64,000 bases of DNA from Lingula anatina (taxonomy: Eukaryota > Animalia > Brachiopoda): assembly GCA_051362555.1 (NCBI GenBank), contig CM120645.1, forward strand, positions 16,244,001-16,308,000. The letters are read 5' to 3'. A program made the position numbers and the translations under genes. Every line of letters begins with the position of its first letter. Within the stretch, counting starts at the first letter, position 1. Positions 37,325 to 49,319 of the stretch are shown in pieces. The notes under the pieces were generated by a model. That model was not told where the DNA came from and made no database searches. It saw only the letters and a program-made list of their open reading frames with translations.

Positions 37325-38914
37325 TTATATGTTGCTCTTTTGATTAATCAGTGCACCAATAAGGGCCTTTTGATTTTCAGACTCCTGCTTTCTGATTTCA
37401 AGTTCTTGCATTTTACGCTGTTCTTTTAGTTCATCAAGCTCCAGCTTTCTCGCCAAGATGCCAAGCAAGGGGTCCTCTTTTGCCTTTTTCTTTATCTTCT
37501 TTGGTTTTGGAGGTTCCACATCACCAGCTGGAATCATCATGCAATAAGATATATAAGTAAGATTCAAACAAGAAAGGTGGTGATGATAGAAAAATGACTT
37601 CTTTAAGATAAAAAATATATTTTTTCTATAGAAAATGATTAGGGGCCTATAAGAAAAACCTCTCCCATTCATAATGACTAGTAACCAAGTCAAAATAATA
37701 TCTACTTACTGTCAGAATCCTGGTTCTCGGTTTCTTGTTCTGGCCTTTCATTCATCTCATCTTTCACACCTGAAATATTTGAATTAAACAACCTTAAAGG
37801 GACACAAAAGAGGATTCTGACTGTAATGAAAAAGCATGAATCGAGACTTGTTGAACTCACCTGAGGTCAATTAAAACTTTTAAAACATAAATTGACAAAT
37901 AGATCACCTTAAACAATACCAAAAGACATAGTTATATTCACTGTCCCCTATTCAAATATAAGTAGTCAGCTATTGGGACAAAGCTGCGCTTAAGTGCGGG
38001 TTTTGATGTTCGCCTTTTTTCCAAAATTGTTACAGATGTATGGTGAGTGTCTGAAATGGAAAATATAAGGTGGGCAAGTTGGGGGAAAATGCCATTTTAC
38101 TCCGGAAAAATTTGTCTAATATTAGTTTTGGCAGGAAAATCCTCTTTAACCCCCAACTCTAACACCCTTTTGGCATTTCAATGTCCTAATCAAAATGTAG
38201 TATCTTACCATCCAATTTTCCTTTCTTAGAGAAGCACAGCAGTGCTTTATCTCGAACTGCTTTTCCCTCTTTAAGTTTTTCTGTGTCAGTTTTTGCTTTC
38301 ATTTTAGGATTCGTTGTCTTTCTTTTTTCAGCAATTTCTATTTCTGCCTCCTTCTCTAATTCAGTCACATCAATCATCAGTTTCTGTAACTCTGTGTAAT
38401 CTTGTTGAATGCCACTCCTATAATAACACAAAAATTATTTATTGATCAATGCATAATCATCTTACAAATTTCTTTTCTACAGAGAAAACCTATTGCCCAT
38501 AACATAGGATACAATGTGTTCATATCATAAAATAAAAGAGGAACACAGAATGAAACCTGCAAAATTATGCCATCTTAAATTTTAAAAAATAATCTAAAAA
38601 TAAAATTTTCTGTAAAGATGCGTAAGACATGTCAGTTGAATTTGCAAATTAAAAAAGTCCTTGATTGATATATTCAGTTACTCACGCTTTTTGGGATGCA
38701 AGTTCACTACTTTTCCACTTAGCAAGAATCCTGACAGTTCTTTCTTTCACAGTTCTTGCAGTGCAAGGGCTTGTTAACTCTAACAGATCAGTCAAAGATT
38801 CAGCTACTTCTGTCCAGCGAGCTGGGGTTTTAAATGGGTTGTAATAATTTACCTCCTTTAATAGAATCTCATCGATGTCATCATTAAATATAACAGATTT
38901 TTTTTGGCCGACAT
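37325..38914 (-). CDS. Harbinger accessory Myb/SANT-like DNA-binding protein, 4 coding exons, with an apparent 1-nt frameshift in an A8 run after the ATG
   Basis: Exons 38914-38686, 38417-38209, 37769-37710 and 37527-37325 with GT-AG sites and matching phases. FNDDIDEILLKEV...RWTEVAESL...RTVKERT...SQKASGIQQDYTELQKLMIDV, then a C-terminal coiled coil. Probable non-coding exon ending at 39300. Confidence 0.8.
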
Positions 38915-40986
38915 ACTAGGTTATGATTATCTGCAATTCAAAGAAATAAAATGATAAGGGTATAGGCCTACTGTATATATATGGATTACACGAACATGGG
39001 GCTGCTTAATGATTCTTTTTAGATAGATGAATAATTAAGATGTTGAATGGAATGTGTTATTTACGTCAATTGATGCCGCAGATCCTGTTGTTTATGAAAA
39101 AAAATCAACTTAAAATTAATTTGATGCTACTACGGACGACTGATTGACTGTCTCTTTTTCCGCCTGTTTTCACAGAGTATTTCTACCGACAGCGTCTAAA
39201 AGTGATTCAGTGGAATCTTAACACCCTATATATTCCTCTGCAGTATGTTAAACTTGAAAGAAATAAGCGTAAATCTATTAAATTCGATACGTTTCTTACC
39301 TACGTGTAATCTCTACTTTATACGTAGTGCCGTATGACGTATGACTTGTCCTTGAGAAAAACTACGCACAAAGTGATGACGTCGCACGTTATACGTCGTA
39401 CGGAAGGCCTTGCCAAAACTCTCTACTATTCTCTGACCACGCCCTGCTTGAACTGTACTGCAAAACTATACTAGCTGATGCCAAAGTCGACTAAAATCAT
39501 TGGGGAAAATAATTCTCATATTAAATGTGTTGAGGCCCTGGGTGACATGAAAACAAAACAAAAGGTTGATTACTTTATGTCACAAGCTCTCTCTCTTTAA
39601 GAGACATTACCCTTAGTACATAAAATATTCACAACTGCTGCTGAAAAGGCTCTTAAATCAAGAAAATACACCTCGGTCCACCCTCCATAAAAGGGCTACA
39701 TGGTACAGCAATGACTTAAAATCTCTGAGGTCCCACTTAAAATACTTAGCAAAACTTAGGAGCAAGAAACCCCTCTGACAATTCAGTCAATGCATCATAC
39801 TACCAAACATTTAATCGATATAAGAGAGAGGATGTAAAAAAACTTCAAAAGTTGCAACCCATGGAAAATGCAAACCCCAAATATTTCTGGAAAGCAGTTA
39901 AAGATTTAAACATGGAGTCTACACAAACTGAATTTATTGAACCAGGTGAATTTTATGAATATTTTAAAAAGCCTTTGCGAAGAAACAGAATCGAGTCAAT
40001 TTAATTTTGATCAAGATTTCAAGTGAGATATAAAAAAACTAAGGCAAAGTGAAATGAATTCTCCAGACAAAACTGCACTTGACCATGACATTAGTGCTGA
40101 TGAGCTCGTGAGCAATATAAAAAAAATTGAAAAAATGGCAAATCAGCTGGGGAGGACAAGGAAACCAATGAAATGATCAAATCGGGAAAGGATTTTCTTA
40201 TAGGTGTAATTGTAAAATTGTTCAATATCATATTCAAAGGTACTAATATAAGTACCCATCAATATGGAACAAGGCATAGTTATTGACTGCGGCAAGTTAT
40301 TGACTGCAAATTGCATGGTAGATTTTCACATTGTATTTCAATGGGCTGGATTAAACGTGATTAAAACTTGAAAAAGACCACGGGTAATTACAAAAACATT
40401 TTATTTTAACATATTTGACATATATGAACAAGAAATGTAAAAGGACTATAAAAAAACTGCTTTAAAAGTGAGAGTTACAGGTACTACAAAAGTACCAGTC
40501 AGTCACCTCCAAAAAATTTCACGACAATTTTCAAACAAAGACAAATTGACCACTTAATTTACCCAAATATGCAATAGCAAACTTCAAGCCAGCAGTAACT
40601 TGTCTCTCTTCCGTATACTTAACCAAAAATGTAGCAAGGCAACTTATGTTGATAAAATAACAAATTATGACACTTTGTCAACCCTTGCTAAGCTACGTCT
40701 TGGGCGGCACACCAGGTCAAAAACTGAAAGGTGCGACAGAATCTGTCGCCTGTGTACCCAAGGGGTAATTGAAGATGAATACCATTTCATATTCCAATGC
40801 CCAAAAAACAAAGCAAACCGAGACACCTTTCTTAGTAAAATCTCAGCCCTAAATAAACTGATACAAGGTCACCAGACAGTCAATTATGCCAAGTATTTAA
40901 CAGTGCCAACAAGATATTTTACTGTCCCCTTATTTTATAATAAAATCATTCAAGATTTGCTTGGTAACTCTTAGCATATCCCTTTT

Positions 40987-41625
40987 AAAATGTCAGTGTA
41001 TGGTCCCACTGTTGTGAGAAGAGACTCGGCAGTGGGACTGAACATGGCACATAGTTAACAGCCACAATATTTATATCTGTGTAACTTATTTACTTACCTA
41101 TGTCTTTATGTAATTGTAGGTCACCCTCCCTTGTAAGTTTGAACAACTCCTTTTGTGTAACATATGATTGTACCCATATGTTTATGGTATTATTTTGGTA
41201 AATTTATAATCACACCAAGGTTTATCTCACCGCTTAGAGAGAATATTTTATGAGTAGTGTAAGTAGTACATCTGTTCATTATATAAAGATATTTTTTCAT
41301 TCACAAAATGTCAGTGTATGGTCCCACTGTTGTGAGAAGAGACTCGGCAGTGGGACTGAACATGGCACATAGTTAACAGCCACAATATTTATATCTGTGT
41401 AACTTATTTACTTACCTATGTCTTTATGTAATTGTAGGTCACCCTCCCTTGTAAGTTTGAACAACTCCTTTTGTGTAACATATGATTGTACCCATATGTT
41501 TATGGTATTATTTTGGTAAATTTATAATCACACCAAGGTTTATCTCACCGCTTAGAGAGAATATTTTATGAGTAGTGTAAGTAGTACATCTGTTCATTAT
41601 ATAAAGATATTTTTTCATTCACAAA
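40987..41625. repeat. Two apparently identical tandem copies of a 318-bp unit at the LINE 3' end
   Basis: aaaatgtcagtgtatggtccc starts at 40987 and at 41305. Both copies end attttttcattcacaaa. Confidence 0.9.
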
Positions 41626-44600
41626 CAGGCTACACAATTACCAACTACAGATCTAGAAATGGTAATGCACCAATTGTATTGTCATTAGTATATTATATTG
41701 TACAAGGTCATGATAATCTATGTACCATTACAGAAATAAGTTGAATTAAAAAGTGAATTGTTTATCTGTTTATCATTTTACTGTCCTTTGTTATCAGTTA
41801 TTTTATCCAATATGAATTTTTCCGTAGTCACAAATTGAACTAAGTGTTGTTTGTTTGATTAACATGCATGAGCGTCAGCCTCAACCTGTCTCAAAAAAAA
41901 TCTTATTGCATTAATTTATAGATGTATAATTTATTTTTAAACTTACTTTATTTAAATATTTATAAAACATGAATGATAATGAATGAGGAATAAGGAAAGA
42001 AACAGCGAATAGAATTTTCAAAAAGAAACAATATATGGCAAATATATTACTTGTACTATACTTATGATATAATACTGAAATTAAATGAGGTGCATTGACA
42101 GAGGCGCAAGGACAATCCAACTCCAACGTGCAACAGGGGGAATTTAAGTCTGACTGTGTGATCACACAATATATGAAGGTACGATCAATTAAAAGTGTAA
42201 ATCATCAGTTAAAGAGGAGGGGGTCTTACTTTAGATCGCTATCTATTGTTAAACGCGACTGTTATTATCTCTCGAACAAGCTCAAACCATGCCTATACAA
42301 TTACTGTGTCTCCGGCTAGCTGCCGTGCAAAAACGTCATGTCGAACATATTTTGCTACAGTTACAAACAGGGTACACTAGCGACTTGTTTTAGATCACTT
42401 AAGTAAGAATGCATACATGCGACACCTGATGAAAAACAATCAAGTATACAACTGGTCTATTAATTGCAATTGCACAGTGCATGTTACTAGACCTTTGTCC
42501 TAACTCAGTAGGTAGGAATAGTATGCTTGGACAAAAAGCTTCTATTCAACTCGCTTAGACCTAGGGCGTGATGCTACTATCATCCGACGAAACACCTACA
42601 CTGAACCCTCTACCTGAACATGAACATGAACCTGAGCCTGAACATTTTTTAATCGTCAAATGCTTTGTGGTTTCATTGAACGTCTTTGATAGAAAACTTT
42701 CTAGTGACAATAACCGCACCGTGTGCATATTATTTATTAAAGCGTAATTGAGTTTATTCATCATGATCTATTTTGTAAACGATACTTGCCTAGTTGGATT
42801 GATCATCGTCACTGTTAAGCTACTCACCTATAATGCATGCTGAACGACAGACAACTTATACATGTTATCTGTGTTACTGTGTAAATGAACACGTTTAGTA
42901 AAATTATAACGAGGTTGGTGATTTAATCCATTCAACATATTTATATTTGTTCTTTTAAAACCAGTGTCAGATTACCACCAAAGCAAACCTTGCAGACTGG
43001 TTTGGTTTAAATTGTCGTAAATTAAGTAAAGTTAAGTAAATCCTGTTTCTACTTCACAGTGTTCATCCCAGCTATAAAACTGCATGAAGGATAACAAGAC
43101 TCCGTAGCGAATTAACTTTCACAATGTCCTGTGCTTCAGGTTCCCAAGAGTCCCGTGTAACATAGTAATATCAAAGAGTATGACCTGAGAGTAATACAAA
43201 TATGAGGCCGTGCATGAAAAATTTTACAAATTAGAAATTCAATAATTTAAACATGCTACAGGTAGGTACATGCACATCACTTAATAAGTCATTTCACAAA
43301 AATTGCATCTAATTTAGATTAAGTTAACCTCTACTTGCATCGATCTCATCGCCTTGTCTGATCCACCTAAAAGAAATATAGTGAACAGGAGGAAAAGTAA
43401 CACGTTTACATGCAGGCGAAGGAGGTATACTTCAATATTAATTGCAAACAATATCAACAGCGTTGCCTGTCTTTCACACTTTTACACAAGCACACGAGGG
43501 TTTAATAAAGGGAGTCGCGTCGTGATATCTATCTCTTTCCTTCGAACAAGCAAAGGGCTGACCCGAAGTAAGCTTACTAAACTAATTTACTTTATATTGT
43601 ATATTGTAATTACTCCACTTGCTCGCCTCCATTGTCTTGTACAATAAAAGTGACAAAGAATGTGTTGTATTCACACACGAGTTGAAAGAACTTTGCATAA
43701 CTCCTTTGCCTTGTTGCATAATGTCTTTCTCAAGGTTATAATTAGTGTGAAGAGGATGTCTTGTCTCACTTAAAGGATTTGCGCCATACCGTCAGAATGG
43801 CCTGAACGGAACATATTCTTCATAAAACATGTCCAACTAACGATATCTTTATCCAAGTACACAAATTAAAAGCTCATTTTTTTTAATTTTTGGCTTTAAA
43901 AAGCGTCCTATTTGCTCGGCCTGGGACTACGTGGTCACGTGGTCCGATGACAATCGTGCCACCGGAGAACAGAGCGTGTTTAGCTGTCAAACTGAGCTGC
44001 ATTGTCTACCTGTAAGATGACTTCTCTGGCTTCAGATAAAAGTTTATACTCATTCAAATCTCTTACCCGAGGGGTCTAATTCTTTAACAAGCATTTAATT
44101 ATGGTTATCCCAAGTTGTATAAAAACACTGCATTTGAATGAGTTAAGGGTACTGTTGATTATTGCATATGAGGTCCATGTTATTTGTGAAATTCAATTAA
44201 TTTTATTAAACCGCTGACACTCCGTCTTGCATACTTGTATTAAATTGAGGTAAACAATGCCCGTAACCTTCACAAGTCCTATCTTAATCATTAATCTGAC
44301 TGGATCTTCCTTTACCTCTTAATTAGAGGGTTAAATGGCATTCAATTCTCCTGTAGCGAGTATGTATCTGGCGATATTTATCTCAGGTAAAAATCTACCA
44401 GTGCGTTAGTTTCAAAGAGCAGCTCCCGCAGACCTGGGGGTACTAGATATAATCTGAACACCAGGTTTACCGAGGAGCTAAAGAAACAAAGGAAGAATTT
44501 TTCCTGCACAGCTTCATAGGAATTTTAACATGGACTTGATCCAGCTTAGACCTCCAAACTAACAGGGTGACATGAGCAATTTTCACAAACAAATAATAAA

Positions 44601-45551
44601 ACTATATTTCAGTTAGCCTCCTTTTAAATAAATATACCGTTCTGGGTAAATTAGAATATTTATTAAATCGCGAGAATATTTTTAACTTAAATGATGATTT
44701 TATTATTAATGGAAATTAAACTACTATATGAGGTACATTTGCTGTGATTACGCTGTCCTGCATGTTTTGCGTTAGTCTACATTTTGCTGTACGTGCTTGT
44801 ATTTTTTTTAATCTGTGCGTACAACTTTTGCAGGTCTGGTTACGCCCCTGCTTCGAATATCCAGGAGCGCACAAAGAATTTTCTTTCCGACGGCATTCTT
44901 GCTCATTCCGCCTCTAGTGTGACGGGGGTATTAACCCTCCTATTTGTACCCTGAGTGTCAGCTACCTTGTTAACTTTTCTAACTTTTTCATGAAATACTC
45001 TATACAAGATGTAAAATGAAAAACAAATAATATATTTTAAAAGAAAAAGATATACTAGATGTTATAGTAGTTTTTGCATTGAAATGAACAAACGATCATG
45101 TGACAATGACACACACTACCAATGAAGGATTTTGTTAGCTTTTACCAAAAACTCCTTGCTTCACGTGCATTCATTTAGATAACAGAACAATTTGTCACCT
45201 TGATGGGTGAATGGATCTAAACACAATAAAGAGCTTCTTAAGTTATTCAGGCGTTAATCCTGGCGATTTTGATGTCTACGCTGGTAGAACAGTCATTATA
45301 TACTGTATCACGAGCGTTAATGCAGACTTTTGTGCTAGTCTTTATAATCACCACATTATTTTGACAGGGAATCCCATAGAGTGGACTTTTTGATGCAATT
45401 GATCTCAAAGCATTCTAACCCCTTTCATACGCTTGGAAAAATAAACTTGTATTTACATGCCATTTGCACACCTGGATGTGCCGTTGCAAAAATAATAATA
45501 ATAATAATAAATTGCCCAGGTTATTGTTTTACAAATGATGGCGGCTTATCT

Positions 45552-46530
45552 CAAGGGCGTAACCAGACCGTTAAAAATTGTACGCACAGATTTTTAAAAT
45601 TCCCAGCAAAATGTAGACTAACGCAACAGATGAAGGACAGCGTAATCACAGCATATGTGCCACACATCGCAGCTTAATTTCCATTAATAATTAAATCAGC
45701 ATTTAGTCAGAAATATTTTCGCAATTAAAAAAGTTTCAATATTCTTATTAACCAGAACGGTATATTTATTTAAAAAAGGCTAGCTTCGCATATGTGGAAC
45801 CCCCTTCAAATAATCCTGGATCCACCTCTGCGTTGAACTAACATACGGTTTCATTCACCTTACATGTGGATGCATGGCTCCCAAAAACAACCAATTGTAC
45901 GACACGACAGAGCTCTGATACATCTAAGTTTAATTATTTGTTTGTAAAAATTGCCCATGTCACCCTGTTAGTTTGGAGGGGTAAGCTTGGTCAAGTCCGT
46001 GTCAAAATTATTTGAAGCTTTGCAGGAAAAATTCTTCCTTTGTTTCTCTAGCTTCTTATTAAACCTGGTGTCCAGATTTTATCTAGTGCCCCCAGGATTG
46101 CGGGAGCTGCTCTTTGAAAATAAGACTCAGGCAGATTTTTACCTGAGATAAATATCGCCAGCGAGAATGCGTTCAATATTCTCAAGAAAGAGGCTACAAG
46201 AGAGTTTAGGGCCACTGAACCCTCCAATTAAGAGGTAAAGGAAGTTCCAGTTAGATGGACGATTAAGATATGACCTGTTAAGGTTACAGGCATTGTTTAC
46301 CTCAGTTCAATAAAAGTATGTAAGACGGGGTGGGGGTGGGGGGTGGGGGGCAGAACAATTGTGACTTTACAATTGTTACAGAGGATTTGTACATACAGGT
46401 GAATTTAATAAGCAGAGGATTTTCTTTTATATTCCGTGAAAAATACACTAAATTTATATAAAATAATATCATGGTTGGCCAAAAAATTGTACGCACAGTG
46501 CATCCGTGCGTATGCCTAGTTACGCCCATG
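45552..46530. mobile_element. ~980-bp hAT-like MITE (TIR CAnGGGCGTAAC, 5-bp TSD); sister copy inverted at 53771-54756 and a diverged truncated copy at ~44220-44850
   Basis: Ends caagggcgtaaccag / cctagttacgcccatg. AGATA flanks the element at 53766-70 and, as TATCT, at 45547-51. The empty site cccagataagcc is at ~51915. Confidence 0.75.
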
Positions 46531-48403
46531 CGAAGAGCATTCTAAAGTTCCGAGTGCATTCTAAATATTTTTACCCATTCTTGTGGCATCCCGAATGTTT
46601 TTGTCATGTCAAAAACTTTCGAATTGCATTCCAAGTGGAAATTTATCGAATGGCATTTGAACAGTATTCTAACTGCACTATGACTGCATTCTCAATATTC
46701 TCACGGCATTCCGACAGCATTCGAAACATTCTGATCACATTAGAGGAATATTCGAACCTACAAGTGACTTAAAGCCCCCGTCAAACTTATTCGAATCATT
46801 CCACCTCCAGTGTGACAGGGATTTTATATCCTGCCAGAATGTTTTGAATGTGCCTCGGATGAGCTGAAATATTTATGTTGCCAGCAATCGAACTACACTA
46901 GTGCCCCGTTCAAAGTATATTCTAAATATTCTTACTGCCTTCTTACATTATCATAAATATTCCTAGTTTTCCAACTACATTCGAACTGCTTTCAAGAGCT
47001 AATTAATACAGTCGAAAGTGCACTCATCATTTCAGGCGAATTCAAGGGCATTCTGAGTATTCCAACGGTACTCTTACAATAATTAAGGTCAATTTGAAAT
47101 TTTTCCCCGAATGTGGTGCGAAATTAAAAAATTCTTCGTTCAGGCTCATTCGTCTTCATTCCTGCTGATTCCGAATAAGTGTGACGGGGGTATAACGCAT
47201 GAATTACTTTAGACGCTCTTATTGTGTTTAGAGCCATTGACCCATCAAGGTGACAGCCCAGTCGGTTTCTTTGTCACCTTGGTTATCACTATGGCAATGT
47301 AGTCGAGGTTAAGAGATTAGGTGAGGTGCGTTGCACATTGAAAAGAGGGGTTACATGGTGTCATATCATATAACCGAGACCAACCACGCATGTATATTTG
47401 TTTTTGTTGGTTCTAGTATGTATGTCGCTGACTTAAATCACAGATAGGTGTACAGGTACCTGTAGGTCTATTCTAGATCTGTTAAGGGTGAAAATATACT
47501 TATTCTCCCCGGTGGTTTTCATATTGTGTGTTTTGTTGAGACACTCACTTTACAAAAGCGAAAAAAGCGACTGGGCGTAAAATATAATTTATTTTCGAGA
47601 ATAAGTTGTTAAATTTGGATGATTTTTGGAGATTTTTGAAGGTCCTTTCACGATAACAAAAGACTGAAAGCTTCACTAGTTCCGATTTCGGATTAATCAT
47701 GTAAAATCCTTTCCACAAATTCACTGCTTTTCAAATATCAAATGGTCGACAACAGTATGTTTCCCTTTCCAGAGGAGCTGAAGAAACAACAGAACATTCA
47801 TTCTGGTATTGTGCGGTTACCCAAAAATTACTGGCCAATTTGGTAGAATATATATTATCCAATACTCAAGTTACTCTACCTGTCTCAAGAAAGAATTGCT
47901 TAAGCCTCGGTCACAATCGGTGTGGCAGGAGTGCACGTCCTAGTAATGCAAGTCCGCCCGGACCTGGAAATGCAAGTCCTAGGGCATGCATTGCTAGGAA
48001 TGGAAGTCGAAGGGCATGTATTACTAGGATTCAATGTCCGTAGGACAAAGGCTCCCAAGTAATGTAAGCCCTACGTGTAGTAATGCGTTCCTGACATTTT
48101 AGTAACGCATGCCCTATACAGTTTACACCGAGAAATGACATGAATAAAAAGATATAGAGACATACTAGTTTTAGAGATAAAATAAGCGTTTCCTTTATTC
48201 CATGTATATGACATTTTATCTTTATATTTTACAATGTTTTTATTTTCCGATAGGTGGTTTATATGCATATTAATGAAGTAACAAAAACAAATTATTTATT
48301 TTATGTGTATTTTTCATCTACTAAACGCAAATTTTTATGTATTAACACATATTTTTGGCATACTCCTCCATCAGTACACAATATGTATGATCCTGGTTTG
48401 CCC

Positions 48404-48438
<35 letters not shown>

Positions 48439-49319
48439 ATAAGGCACCATCCAAAGGCATCCCTTATTTTCCTCCTTTGAGGTATATGTACAGTGTTTTT
48501 TATTTCATGTCCTTTTCTACTGGGGTGTACCTTTTGTGTTTTGCGTCGAAATTCTTATTTGGTCTCTCTCTCTCTTTTTCAAAACCTTATTCCTAAGAGA
48601 AAAATCACTTTTCCCAAAACGCGGCATCTCCGTTCTTAGATTTATTTTTCGGTTTACACTCGCAGAAATTGAAAAATAACCTCAAACTCTAGGGAAATTT
48701 GCTCTTGGAAAGTATGGGCTGAGATTTAAGACAAATCAAGACAGTTTAGAAATTGAAAATTGCAATATATGTATATATAATGTTCTGTAATAAACCTTTG
48801 CTATTTTGGTGCTTTGACACTTAAAAAACAAAACAAAAAATAGTTGTCAATGTAATAAGCACGGAATTTCGAACACATTAGACATTAAAAACACCACTAA
48901 ATATTTTACTACAAGTAATAAATGGGGGGAGAGGGGAGGGGGGTAAAGGTCATGTCAAAGGTAGGTCTCAAACCCATAGATTTAACAGAACAGTTCATGA
49001 ATTTTTACCATACGGCCTTGCACGATAACCACTGCACAGACGAGCTGAAATTGCAAACCTCTCATTTTTGTCTGATATATGGCTCACCAGAAGGATTTCA
49101 TATACATTTATAGTTGTATCATTTAACCGTATTATTGCCTAAGGATAGGACTTTCAAATGGCCGGACTTGTATTACTTTCATAGATGGAACAGGAATAAA
49201 AGTCCGACAGTAATACAAGCCCTACCTACTCTAAGTATGAGCCAGGAACCTAAGTCCCTGTAGGAGTACTATTCCCAAGTAATGTTAGTCCTACGGACAA
49301 TCATTACCAGGAACCGAGG

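Larger units (their letters stand above)
35935..39424. mobile_element. Two-gene PIF/Harbinger (PHIS) DNA transposon, near intact
   Basis: 39-bp TIRs agagagttttggcaaggccttccgta(t/c)gacgt(g/a)taacgt with 2 mismatches. Flanks are AAT and ACT. Removing the element restores the LINE endonuclease frame NDLSLFSDH. Confidence 0.92.
33800..41625 (+). mobile_element. Decayed LINE (CR1/L2 group, Crack/Daphne-like) interrupted by a hairpin MITE and a Harbinger element
   Basis: ORF1-like coiled coil at 33921-34510. APE endonuclease motifs IIIQGDFNART (~35590-35620), GNSVVDYVIYS and, after the Harbinger insertion, SDH (39431). PKYFWKAVK and KNGKSAGEDKETNEMIK follow. C-terminal RICRLCTQGVIEDEYHFIFQC. Most of the RT domain is deleted. 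Confidence 0.75.

Noticed and set aside
43770-47712. Kolobok-like ends (ttaa-aggattt at 43770; gtaaaatccttt at 47712)
   Set aside because: The termini match poorly, the right TTAA is missing and the interval is rearranged, so no element can be defined.
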